Of a DNA stretch of 64,000 nucleotides, positions 11,059 through 22,467 are shown in pieces. The position numbers and the translations under genes were made by a program. Each line of letters starts with the position of its first letter. Position 1 is the stretch's first letter. The notes under the pieces are model-generated. The model worked only from the letters and a program-made list of their open reading frames with translations. It was not told the DNA's origin and did no database searches. The DNA comes from an uncultured Planctomycetota bacterium (GTDB lineage: Bacteria > Planctomycetota > PLA2 > JAEUHO01): NCBI GenBank assembly GCA_963752285.1, contig CAVVXN010000001.1, positions 1 through 64,000 on the forward strand. Direction: 5' to 3'.

Positions 11059-11288
11059 CCTTCGGGGTACTCCGCTCGGCCCCGAACTCTCACGGGTCGG
11101 CTGCCGAGAACTCAAACGAGAGGGCCCGTTCGATCTACGTAGCAGCGGGGATAGCTCCTCCAGTCCCCCCATCCGCCCCTACTTCGACGCCTCGCGGCGC
11201 GTCAGTAGGTGCACTGTGATGCCTCTGCCGGCCGCTCCTCCCGACTCCGAAGCCGACCCCTCGATCATGCTGGTCGCACCGACATCGA
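11059..11288. repeat. ~230-bp copy of 14205-14434 (3' end of an immunity gene plus downstream flank)
   Basis: Direct sequence match. Confidence 0.85.
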
Positions 11289-11317
11289 ACTGCAGTTACG
11301 GCAGAGCGGAAACCCCC

Positions 11318-11836
11318 TCAGTTATCTTGGCGGCGATGAGACTCAGCCGGCCTGACGCGGATCTCGACAGTACGAACGTCACTTGTATTGATGCAGACAC
11401 CTGTATCCGGGGTCAATGTGTACCCCTCAACCCATTCGCCTGATCCAATGACGACTTCGTCCGGCCTCATCGGTTCCTCCCGAGGGGCAACGCGAGCAAT
11501 CCAGTTGCCGCGTCGGACTGCCGTGCCTTTGTGCTCCGCGAACCACCTGAATGCTATGTCGCCAGCAAGCGCTTGAACCTGCAGCGGATGCCACGCTTCA
11601 CCTTGGACATGCCCGGTTTCGTCGGCCTTCACAGAAAGCGCAAGGTCCAGGTTGGCAGCGGCGAGCACATCGATCGTTGCGGGTGTCCGCCACGTACCCG
11701 CGCAAGCAGCAAGCAAGCAGGCAAACACGACGAGGCCGCATCGGGGCCATGCAGGAGGCTCCCGTGAATACAGTCTCGCACCACGCACGACGTGACTATC
11801 ACTAGCGCCCATGATTGGTATTCCGATCGTAGTCAT
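11318..11836 (-). CDS. Putative immunity lipoprotein
   Basis: Follows the Rhs CT. Lipobox-like LVVFACLLAAC. The true start may be downstream of 11836. Confidence 0.6.
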   Translation of the reverse strand: MTTIGIPIMGASDSHVVRGARLYSREPPAWPRCGLVVFACLLAACAGTWRTPATIDVLAAANLDLALSVKADETGHVQGEAWHPLQVQALAGDIAFRWFAEHKGTAVRRGNWIARVAPREEPMRPDEVVIGSGEWVEGYTLTPDTGVCINTSDVRTVEIRVRPAESHRRQDN

Positions 11837-14125
11837 CGTTGGCCTTGTTCGCAGCGCTCCTCACCTCCTGCGTGCGCTTCGCAGCCTCCTCCGTGGGGTC
11901 GTCGTCATCGTGGTACTTGGGGTCCCCATTGGCATCCCTCTCTGCAGCGTTGTGGTCGTCCAGCACCTTCTGCGTTACATCGACGTGTCCCTCCTCATGC
12001 TTGTCCTTGGATCCGTCATCGGGCACAAGCATGACAGGCGGTTTCGCCCATTCGTACCAGTACAGAACGCCCTTGCCCTCAACGTACTTCCACCGGCATC
12101 GCAGATTCCGGCTCGTTACTCCTGAGGTGTAACCAACGACTGAGCCCGATTGGTCCTTGACGGGATTCCCTATGCTCTTCCACAAGCTGGGCGGCACATC
12201 GAACTTGCCTTCCGGGTTCTTCTTCAGATGGTCTTCAACGGCATCCTTGGCGTTCTGCTTGTTCTCAGCAGCAGCCTTCGCATCGTCCGGATTCCTGCTC
12301 TTCCTGTATGGAATCCTTATGGGTTTGGGCTTATCAGAGAGTCCCAGAGGATCCAGACGAGACACGGGAGCGGCCGAGGCATACCAGTACTCAGGCGCAA
12401 CGCCGCAGAGCGACGGGTCCCTCTGTAGGAACCTTCCCGTCCGCGGGTCATACGTCCGCGCCCGATAGAAGTACAGTCCATCCTCCGCGTCGTACTCCCG
12501 CCCTGTGAACAGGTACGGGTTCCCGACCGGGCTCTGGGAGACGACGTTCCCCTGCTGGTCGAGGATCGTGGGCTTCCCGTATACATCGTAGGTCACCCAC
12601 TCGACGACGCTCCCGCCCGGCTCCGAGACCTCCGTCACCGAACCCAGCGCCTGCTGGTGGTAGGTGAAACGGAGCACCTCCGTCGTGTTCTGGTTCCCGT
12701 TCACGTCCGCCTGGTCGGCCCGGTCCATGACGCGCGGCCGGTCGATCCCGTCCTCGTAGACGTAGCGCGCCTGCCAGACGTCGCTTCCGTCGTACTCCTC
12801 GATCACCTGCTGCCCATCGAGCACGTACCGCGTCGTCGCGCCGCCGGACACGGCCTTCTCGACCCGCCGCCCGATCGCGTCGTAGCGATAGGTCGCGACG
12901 ACGGCCTGCGTCGCCTTGAGCTTGACCTCGACCAGCCGGTTCTCGAAGTCGTATTGGAAGAGGTAGGTCCCGTCGTCCTTGAGGTTCCCGTTGTTGTCGT
13001 GGGTCCGGGTGACGCCGCCGACCTGGGTGTACTGGTTCACCACGTCCGAAGCGTACGTCACGGTCGAGGGCGGGGTAGGCGGTGTGGTCAGGACCTGGCT
13101 CCGGTTCCCGAGGCCGTCGAGCACGTACTGGGTGTTCTTGGCGAAGGTCTGGCTCCCGGGGGTCTGGACCTCCTGGAGGGGGTTCGTCGTGTCGTAGCGG
13201 ACGTCCGTCAGGCGGTAGGCCCAGTCGTAGGCGTAGACGTCCCCCTTGGTGTTGCGGGTCGCGAGGAAGGTCTGGACGGCCTGCGGAAGGGTCCCGACCC
13301 AGGTGGCGTCGAACGTGTTCTGCTCCATCCGCCGGTTGTGGGCCCGATCGTAGGCGTAGGTGAACTTGTGGAGCGTCTGCCCGCTTCCGAGCTTGTGGTC
13401 GATGTCCTGGATCCGGGCGAAGCCGTCCCAGGCGTACTCGGTCGAGGTCCCGTTCTGGTTCGAGGTCGTCGCGAGCCGGCCCGCACCCTGGTACGTGAAC
13501 GTCGCGATGTTCGTCCCCGCCCCCACGTCCTGGAGCGCGGTCATGCGGTAGATCGCGTCCCGCGTGTGGGCGGCCGCGAAGGCGCTCGGGTAGAGGACGC
13601 TCTGGACGCTCGAGGCGTCCGACCACGTCGTCGTGACCGACTTCCACCGCTCCTGCCCCTGCGTAGTGTAGCCCTGCCGCTCCTTCAAGAGGTTCCCCAC
13701 GCTGTCCCACGTGAGCTCGACCTGGAAGTCGTTGTCGACGGCGGTGAGCGCCCTCCCGAGGGCGTCGTAGGTGAACTGCTCGAACGTGCTCCCGAGGACC
13801 CCCGTCCCACGCGTCACGCTCGCATACGTCTTCCGGTCGAGCGCGTCGAACGTGTTCTGGACCACCGTCCCGTTCTGATCGGTCCACTGCGACACGTTCG
13901 AGCTCGGGTCGTACTGGGTGTCGACGTACCGGGTGATCGCATCGTAGTCGAACTCGGTCACGAACGTCTCGCTCCCGCCCCCGGCCGGGAGGTCGGTGTG
14001 GGACCGGGGTCGTGACGTTCCCGTTCGCGTCGAGGGAGAAGTCGTGGTGGTCGCCCATAGCGTCGAGGACCTGGACGAGGCGTGCCGCGGCGTCGAACGA
14101 GTAGCTCGTGCTGTTCGAGAGGGGA
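11802..14125 (-). pseudogene. Rhs family A, N-truncated and internally deleted, CT with HEEGH motif
   Basis: YD repeats, DPLGL cleavage motif and DKHEEGHVD in the CT. Confidence 0.85.
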
Positions 14126-14324
14126 ACCGAGCACGACGATGCGTCGTCTGCGCCTGAACCGCCTCGCTCCTTTCACACCCCCGACGCGCCCCCACAGCCC
14201 GGCGCCTTCGGGGTACTCCGCTCGGCCCCGAACTCTCACGGGTCGGCTGCCGAGAACTCGAACGAGAGGGCCCGTTCGATCTACGTAGCAGCGGGGATAG
14301 CTCCTCCAGTCCCCCCATCCGCCC

Positions 14325-14813
14325 CTACTTCGACGCCTCGCGGCGCGTCAGTAGGTGCACTGTGATGACTCTGCCGGCCGCTCCTCCCGACTCCGAATCC
14401 GACCCCTCGATCATGCTGGTCGCACCGACATCGACCCACCCGTCCTTGTACTCCGGTGCAGGATCGCGAGAAACCTTAAATCTCCACCCGCCGAGCCGGA
14501 TGGACTTCGTCCGCGCGCGCCAATACCAATCACCCACATAAGGCCCCAGGGAGAGGAACTCGTATCCCGTCCCATTCCATGCGCCACTATGCCCGGGATC
14601 CGTCAGCTGCCGAATGGCGTGGAGAAGACCCTCGACTGGGAGAAACTCAACGGGAGAGGATGAGGCTGGAATGATAGCATTGACTATAGCAGGAGGGGCG
14701 CTCGGGGGAACTTCGACACAGGTCAGTCCGTGGCCCCGGCCAATCCAATACCCCACGCCCCCCGCCAATAGGACGGCCGTGGTAGCGAGGATCGCAAGCG
14801 CTCTCTGCATCAA
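14325..14813 (-). CDS. Putative immunity protein with N-terminal membrane anchor (paralogue 1 of 3)
   Basis: Overlaps the toxin stop codon. Paralogues at 53583 and 62426. Confidence 0.75.
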   Translation of the reverse strand: MMQRALAILATTAVLLAGGVGYWIGRGHGLTCVEVPPSAPPAIVNAIIPASSSPVEFLPVEGLLHAIRQLTDPGHSGAWNGTGYEFLSLGPYVGDWYWRARTKSIRLGGWRFKVSRDPAPEYKDGWVDVGATSMIEGSDSESGGAAGRVITVHLLTRREASK

Positions 14814-16372
14814 TCGTCCCTCCTGCGCCTCTCGCGTGCCTCGTCGTCGCTTCCGGCAGTACCGACACGCTCATGGCGCCTCTTCTGGTCCTCTCTGCTC
14901 TCTTCCTTCCTCGAGTCAGCTCTGTTGGCGTCGCCGGCAGCTCCCAGTTGACTTGCGTCCTCGCCACTCGTGCCATCTTGTACGTATTCCTCGCCCACGT
15001 CCATCCCCATTGACTCAGCCAACCTTTCCTCGTCGACCACGTGCCCGTATTCGTGATCAAGCAACATGTCGTCGCCCTCCGGATATAGGATGACAAGCCG
15101 GAGGAGCCTGGATCGCCAGTGCATCTTGTGATAGCCAGGGCGATTGCAGGACTCGATCGACCACGTGTGCTCCCACTCTGGCCACGTGAGCGCGTCGATA
15201 AGCGAGCCCTCCTCTCCATCCGGATGTTGTGTCCCAATGGGATCGGCAGCGCTCTCAGGGATCGGCTCCTCGCCCGGGTGTTCATCGCTATAGTCCTGGA
15301 TGGCCTCACGAGCATTCTCTCGATCCTGCTTAGGGTCGCCGGTGCGTTCGTAAGAAATTCTCGTCACTGGTGCCAAGCCTGAAGACAAGCCAAGTGGGTC
15401 TTGGTAGCTTGCGCTCGCGGACCTGGCGTACTCATAACCGTTGAACGAGTCTCTGTAGTGGCACGGATCGGCTTGCAAGAACCGCCCTGCCACAGGGTCG
15501 TACGCTCTTGCCCGGTAGAAGTAGAGCCCGTCCTCGGCGTCGAACTCCCGCCCCGTGAACAGGTACGGGTTCCCGACCGGGCTCTGGGTGACCACGTTCC
15601 CCTGCTGGTCGAGGATCGTGGGCTTCCCGTAGACGTCGTAGGTCACCCACTCGACGACGCTCCCGCCCGGCTCCGAGATCTCCGTCACCGAACCCAGCGC
15701 CTGCTGGTGGTACGTGAACCGGAGCACCTCCGTCGTGTTCTGGTTCCCGTTGACGTCCGCTTGGTCGGCCTGGTCCATGACGCGGGGACGATCGATCCCG
15801 TCCTCGTAGACGTAGCGGGCCTGCCAGACGTCCTGCCCGTCGTACTCCTCGACGGCCTCTTGCCCGTCGAGCACGTAGCGGGTCGTCGCACCGCCCGACA
15901 CGGCCTTCTCGACCCGGCGGCCGAGCGCGTCGTAGCGGTACGTCGCGATCACTGCCTGCGTCGCCTTGAGCTTCACCTCGACCAGCCGGTTCTCGAAGTC
16001 GTATTGGAAGAGGTAGGTCCCGTCGTCGGTCAGGTTCCCGTTGTTGTCGTGGGTCCGGGTGACGCCGCCGACCTGGGTGTACTGGTTCACCACGTCCGAA
16101 GCGTACGTCACGGTCGAGGGCGGGGTAGGCGGTGTGGTCAGGACCTGGCTCCGGTTCCCGAGGCCGTCGAGCACGTACTGGGTGTTCTTGGCGAAGGTCT
16201 GGCTCCCGGGGGTCTGGACCTCCTGGAGGGGGTTCGTCGTGTCGTAGCGGACGTCCGTCAGGCGGTACGCCCAGTCGTAGGCGTAGACGTCCCCCTTGGT
16301 GTTGCGGGTCGCGAGGAAGGTCTGGACGGCCTGCGGAAGGGTCCCGACCCAGGTGGCGTCGAAGGTGTTCTG
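14810..16372 (-). pseudogene. Rhs family A core stub with acidic HEYGH metallopeptidase-like CT
   Basis: GLYFYRARAYDP, DPLGL and LLDHEYGHVVDE. Confidence 0.85.
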
Positions 16373-16439
16373 ATCGGGCTCTGGCCGACGACGTTCCCCT
16401 GCTGGTCTAGGATCGTGGGCTTCCCGTACACGTCGTAGG

Positions 16440-16700
16440 TCATGCGATCGACGCCGACATCGCTTCGATCTCGACGAACGCCGGCCTCGGCGACCCGCCG
16501 CCGGAGGTCGCCGCGCGCGGCCCCGCGACGCGCCGACGCAGAGAGGAATAGTCCAGCCGCAGCGCGGCCGACGTCGCGTGCACGCCGTGGCGCCGGGCGA
16601 GCTCCGTCGCCTGGCGCCACAGCTCGGGCGGGATCACCCGCTTCGTGCGCCGCCTACGCCACGCCTCGAACCGCCGCGCCGCGGCCGCCAGGGCCGGCGG
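16440..16700 (-). pseudogene. IS66-type accessory protein (TnpA-like) fragment
   Basis: RRFEAWRR...IPPELWRQATELARRHG...LRLDYSSLRRR...PAFVEI. Confidence 0.55.
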
Positions 16701-16788
16701 CCGGCGGATTCTTGCACCCTTGCCGAAAGGACACGAAGGAGCTGACACGCACCTGTGGTGACTAACCAATTGTCCTGGGGGCGAGCCG

Positions 16789-17784
16789 CTAGCGATCCTC
16801 TGGGACCTCGATACCCTCACCGCTGGGTGCCGCCTCCCAGGGAGCAAGGCGAGTGAAGTAGGTTCCAGAAGGAGCGACTTCCAACAAGGCAACGTACGTC
16901 TGTAGGACCGCCTCGTACGTCAGACTCGCGTCGTAGGCGTCGGATGCGACCTCCACAGTACCCGCGGCCCCTCCCGAGCGATGGGGAGGCACTTTCTGTA
17001 GCGCTATCTTCACTGCCGCCACTAGGCCCGAAAGGTCTTGGGGCACTCGGTAGCGGTCTAGCCCGCATGAAGCCATTGCCTGCCGAGCCTTGCTCCCACC
17101 GGGAGAGACAGTTGCTTCGAGGCGGACCGATGCACGCGGCACGGATTGCCCCCGAGGCTCCGCTGGCTTCTTCCCGGTTAGAACCTCCCACGGAAGCGCA
17201 AAGGCGACGGAGGTCACGATGTTCGCCGTCTTCAGGTCGTCAGTCTCTTTCTTGGCTGTTTCCGCCACCACGCAGAACTCGATCCTGGCAATGGCAATCT
17301 GCTTGTCCGCCGCCACATCCAGCAGGTGTTCAACAGCCATCCACGGAGTATCCTTCGACGCGTAGATGACCATACGACATCGTGAAGCGCCTCCGCCCCC
17401 CGCGTCTACCCCGATCCCGTGTAGGACGTCCACGAGTCGATCTCTCAGCACATTGGACGGGCCGACAGCAGGCGGGTCCGGCCACCCAAGGCTCAAGACT
17501 GTCCTATTGGAGCCAAGCATGACGTTCAGATCGTGATCGCGGGAGAGCACGAACACCAGGGCCTGGCCACTTCCTCTTAGGTCCTCTCTCACACGCACGT
17601 GGGGCAGGTCAATTTTCGTTCCCGGGACGCCATGCTTCCACCATTCGCCCGGGTCACCCGCCATGGCCCGTCCCGTTAGCAACAAGGAGGCGAGCACTGC
17701 GGCGCGGGCCGCAATGCCGAGGCGCCCGGAGGGCCGGCGCGTCCGACTGCCGACAGGGCCCCGGAAAGGGATCATCTTGCCCAT
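16789..17784 (-). CDS. Putative exported immunity protein with ExbD/TolR-like segments
   Basis: Signal peptide AAVLASLLLTGRAMA. Segment IYASKDTPWMAVEHLLDVAA. Downstream of the Rhs CT. Confidence 0.55.
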   Translation of the reverse strand: MGKMIPFRGPVGSRTRRPSGRLGIAARAAVLASLLLTGRAMAGDPGEWWKHGVPGTKIDLPHVRVREDLRGSGQALVFVLSRDHDLNVMLGSNRTVLSLGWPDPPAVGPSNVLRDRLVDVLHGIGVDAGGGGASRCRMVIYASKDTPWMAVEHLLDVAADKQIAIARIEFCVVAETAKKETDDLKTANIVTSVAFALPWEVLTGKKPAEPRGQSVPRASVRLEATVSPGGSKARQAMASCGLDRYRVPQDLSGLVAAVKIALQKVPPHRSGGAAGTVEVASDAYDASLTYEAVLQTYVALLEVAPSGTYFTRLAPWEAAPSGEGIEVPEDR

Positions 17785-17969
17785 CGCGCTCGACCGCTGG
17801 GAACGAAGAACTTCGTGCAGGGCGCAGAAGCTGGAAGGGGGTGCGCGTCCATCGACACGGCGGGCTCCCCCCCTAACTTACGCCACAAGAACTCGATCAC
17901 TGGTCTTGCTTCGAGACTCAAACCGAGGCATCCAGGTTCTTCCAGACAGAGCGGCATCGGACCACCAAG

Positions 17970-20575
17970 TCAGAGAGGAGGTCCGTCGAAGTAGTTTCCC
18001 TCACTGCCATTACGTGGCAAAGCTCCATCCACTTTGACCATATGCGTGCTAGGATTCTCGGTGCAAGGATAAGAGGCTGGGGGTGCGTGGTCGCATGGCA
18101 CTTTCCAGGCGTGGCTCACCCTCTTCTGGAAGTTCTCCCAATGCTTCTCCACCCACGAATTGTGACCGTCGTGCGAGACCCATTCCCATCCATTGCTCTC
18201 GAGATACATGGCGGCGAGCTCCAAGCCGAAGTCAGCGACGGTGATCCACGCGTTCACCTTGAAGAAGGTACGAGCGCCGGTTTCAAGCGCCTCTTCCCCA
18301 AGAGTCGAGTAGAGGGTCACTTCTGCCTTCGTCGTAGCGAACTCCCAACAAGCACCAGCGACCGAGATGTGGTGCGAGTACCAGGCCCCTATGCGACCCA
18401 GGGCCGTGCGCTCATGCGTACCGTACTGGTAGTCAGATGTGTACAGGTAATAGACTATGTCCCACTCAGCGAAAATCTCCACAACCCAGCACATGTCCGC
18501 ATCCTGCGTCCGGGGATCTCGGCTGGAGCTACTTGGATCTGCCGAGCCCCCCCCGCAGGCGCCATTGGTAGTCGCCACGGGGCAAACCGCGTATCGAGTC
18601 GTCTCAACGTGCTGGCGCGATATCTCCGTCCTGCCGATGTCATTCAGGCCCAGCGGATCGCGCCGGACAATGGGGCTAGCCGAAGCGTATTGGTAGAGGT
18701 TGGCGCCGGCCACGGCTCCCATCGCGTCCCTACCGAGGAACCCCCCGCGCGCAGGCGAATACACCCGAGTGCGGTAGTAGTATGCGCCCGTCTCCTCGTC
18801 AAGCAAGCGTCCCGCATAGGTCCAGTGCTGCCCCAGCGGATCCACCGACCGCGTCTGCCCGCCCCGCGTGATCGTGACGGTCCCGTACGGATCGTAGCGG
18901 TACGACACCGCCGTCGCCTCGTTCATGTCCGTGATCGCCATCACGGAGCCGAGCGCGTTCTTGTGGTAGAAGGACCGCGTCGTCTCGCTCGTGTTCTGGT
19001 CCGAGTCGAAGTCGAGCACGTCCGCCTGCTCGAGCATCAGGACGTTGTCGATCCCCTGCCCGAAGACGAAGTCCTGCTTCCACGTGTTCGACCCGTCGTA
19101 GGTCGCGATCGTCTCCACGCCCGCGTAGACGTACCGCTCGGTCGCGCCGCCCGTCACGGCCTTCTCCACCCGTCGGCCCAGCGCGTCGTACTTGTAGGTC
19201 GCCACCGTCGTGCCGCCGTTCTTGACCCGGCAGATCTCATTACGGTAGTTGTACTCGTACGTCAAGGTCCCGTCGTCGGACAGGTTCCCGTTGTAGTCCC
19301 AGCTGTGGGTGGCGCCGCCGACGGAGGTGTACTGGTTCAGGGTGTTGGTGCTGTAGCTGGTCGTCGTCGCGGACTGTCCGTACGGGGTCACCACGACGGA
19401 AGTCCTGTTCCCGTCGTCGTCGTAGTTGTACTCGATCTTCTTCGTGTAGGCCGCCCCGCTCGGGCTGTCGGGCGATGCCGAGCCCATCCAGGCGACCGTC
19501 AAGCGCCGGGCCTTGTCGTACTCGAAGGCGTCCCCGGAGGAGCCCGAGGCCCCGTAGCGCTCGTAGACCCGGTCGTGGACGTCGTTGTAGGCGTAGTCGA
19601 GCCTGACGATCGTCGAGGGGCTCGAGGTCTCGTGGTCGATGCTCGTGACCTCCTCCCGGAACCCGCCGTACGTGTTCGCCTGCGTCGTTCCGTTCTGGAA
19701 GGTCGTACCCTTGGGCCTCGTCCCGATATAGGTGAAGGACGCGATGGTGTTCGTGCCGTCCGAAATCGAGGAGAGGGCGCCGACATCGTTGTAGCTCTCG
19801 GCAAGCGCGCGGCCGGAGGGGTAGGTCAATGTCTTCAAGTTCCCGACCTCGTTGTAGGTGCTCGTGACGGTCTTCGTGTACGCCGTCCCCGATGCGTACT
19901 CCTGGGCCTCCGTGTAGACGGTCGAGTCGAGCCCCCGGACCCCGTACGTGAAGTCCACCGTGTAGTCGTTGTTCTCGGCCTCCGTCAGGCGATTCAACGC
20001 GTCGTAGGAGTAGGACTCCGAGGTCGTCCCGATGAACGACCCTGCCCGCGTGATGTTCCGAGCCGTCATCCGATTCAGGTTGTCGAACGTGTCCTCGATG
20101 TCGTTCCCAGCCGCGTCGACCGTCTCGACCACGTCGTCTGTCGCGTCGTGCGTGTACGTGATGTAGGTCGAGTCCGGGTAGGTCATCGTCGCGGCGCGGT
20201 CGAGCGCGTCGTACGTCCAGGTCGTCTCGTGGCTCGCGTCGTCCTTGAAGGACACGAGCCGGTCATTGTCGTCGAATCCCCACTGGGTCACGATCGCGCT
20301 CGTGAACGTCTCGATCGGATCGCCGTACGCGAGCGCGACCTCCTTCTTCGTCATCCGGCCGAGGCCGTCGAAGGTGAAGCGCGTCGGGTTCCCCTCCGCG
20401 TTCACCGTCCACACGAGGTTCGACCGGCTGTCGCGCCCGTACGTGGTCTCGAGCTCGTGCTCCCCGTCCAGGCGGTCGATCTCGGTCCGGGTGGCCATGC
20501 GGTTCAGCACATCGTACGTCGCCTCGTACTGGTGCGTCACGCTCGACTCGCCGTCGATCTCCGTGCGCGTCCTGA
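17970..20575 (-). pseudogene. Rhs family B, N-terminally truncated, unique CT
   Basis: About 860 codons of YD repeats, core and CT. GAYYYRTRVY and DPLGL motifs. Confidence 0.85.
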
Positions 20576-20869
20576 CCCTCGCCGCCTCTACGACTCGTCG
20601 GATGGGTCGCCCGACGCCATCGCCGTCGAAGTCGACCAGATCCTCGCGACCGGCTACCTGCGCCTCCGCGACGCCGCCGCCCTCGCCCACGCGGAGACCG
20701 CCTCCGGACGCTCCCCCGCACGGGGCGCCAGGGCCATCCACGGCGCCGCCCGGAGGGGGCAGCTGGGGTCCGGAGCCGCCGGCAGATCCCAAGAACTGGC
20801 CCCGGGCGGGGGGGAGGAATGACCTTGAGAGCGTCGCGAGCCCGAGCCCTTGTGTGAGCAAGGCCGGGG

Positions 20870-21769
20870 ACGGTCAAGGACCTCGACCTCACGAAGGCCA
20901 GCGCGAGGCTCACGGCCGTCCGCGACACGGGCGTCGGCGCCCGGACCGTGAACCGACACCGCGCCGCGATCCGACAGTTCGGCACCTGGCTCGTTCGGAC
21001 CCGCCGCGTCGCGTTCGACCCCTTCGAGGGGCTCAAGGCCCTGAACGAGGAGGCGGACCGGCGCCACGTCCGCCGCGCACTCAAGCCCGAGGAGGCCGAA
21101 CGGCTGCTCGACGGCGCCCGGCGCCGGCCCCTCGCGAAGGCCCAGGCCGAGCGGATCCACGCCGGCGTGACGCCCCGGGAGCGCCTGCGCCTGACCCGGC
21201 TCGGCGAGATCCGCGCGCTCGTCTACGCCGTCGCGCTCGTGACCGGGCTTCGGCGCGGGGAGATCCAGCGCCTTCGCTGGTTGGACGTGGACCTCGACCG
21301 CGGGCGGGTGACGGTCAGGGCCTCGTCGGCGAAGTCGAGGCGAGAGCAGGTCGTGCCGCTCCACAGCGGGCTTGTGGCGACGCTCGCCTCGTGCCGCCCC
21401 GTCGGCGCGTCCCCGACCGACCTCGTGGTGCCCGCGGGCGCGTTCCCCTCGATCCGCACGTTCTGGGCGGACCTCGAGGCGGCGAAGATCGCGCGAGAGG
21501 ACGACGAGGGCCGCGTGGTCGACTTCCACGCGCTCCGGACGACGTTCGTCTCCTGGCTCGCGATGAACGGCGCCCACCCCCGGGTCGCCCAGGCCCTCGC
21601 GCGCCACGCCTCCGTCGAGACGACCATGGAGCGGTACACGGACCTCGCGCTGGTGGATCTGCGGGGGAGCGTGGAGCGCCTCCCGCTCCCGGAGGTTTCG
21701 AAGCGGCGCGGGCGGCCCGTGAAGGCCCTCCGCACCTGGGACCGCCGGGGCGGGCGCGCCGGGGGGTAG
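20870..21769 (+). pseudogene. Tyrosine integrase C-terminal ~300 codons (N-terminal part at 34863-35205)
   Basis: TGLRRGEI, DFHALRTTF, ARH and RYT catalytic motifs. Adjacent to an att site. Lacks its own N-terminus. Confidence 0.9.
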
Positions 21770-22083
21770 GGCGCGCGGAGCGGGCGTGGGGGGCGCCCGG
21801 GGCGGACGGGCGGACGTCGTACCCAGGCCGCGGAGGAGGCGCCCGTCCGCGCCCACGTCGCGGGCGTCGCGGGGTCGAGCTCGGTGGCGTGCCGGCGATT
21901 GACTCTCTCGCGAAGCCGACTCGAAAAGCTGCGTGACTTGGGTCGCCAGTTGAGACGGTCTCCTGACGCTTCCTTGCGCTTCGCTGCACGATGTAAGGAA
22001 GCGCGGCGGCTTCGGCTCGCTTCGAGAGAGTCGCCGTAACGGTGCGACGACGCGCGAGTTGCGGCGAGGAGGCGCAACGAGGA

Positions 22084-22132
22084 TGGAGCGCCCGATCGGG
22101 TTCGAACCGACGACATTCAGCTTGGGAAGCTG
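22084..22132 (-). repeat. 3' 49 nt of tRNA-Gly(CCC), att core copy 2
   Basis: Identical to 509-557. Confidence 0.9.
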
Positions 22133-22385
22133 ACGCTCGCAAGTCGTAAGTCGCGCACGGTCCACGCTTTACGGATCTTGAGGATGGCCACTGTGACGGA
22201 TTTTGTCGAAACGCCCGAGATCGACCTGCTACGGCCCCCTCCACGTCGTTCTGCGCGTTTCGGAAGTTGAGAATGGGTCGGCGGCGCCACGTCGGCCGAC
22301 AGGCGCCGCGGCGCGGGCGCTGCCGCCACCAACGGGGCCGATCCGTCCTGTGCCTCACCGCGGCGCGCGGCCGCGCCGCCCCGGT

Positions 22386-22426
22386 GCCGAGTACTCGGTG
22401 GAATCCTCCAGAAGGAACTGACACGC
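22386..22426 (+). repeat. ~45-bp cassette-boundary / IS-end motif
   Basis: GCCGAGTACTCGGTGGAATCCTCCAGAAGGAACTGACACGCA. Confidence 0.8.
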
Positions 22427-22467
22427 AGCATTGGTCGCGACAGGATTGGAGCACCGCGCACGCAAAA

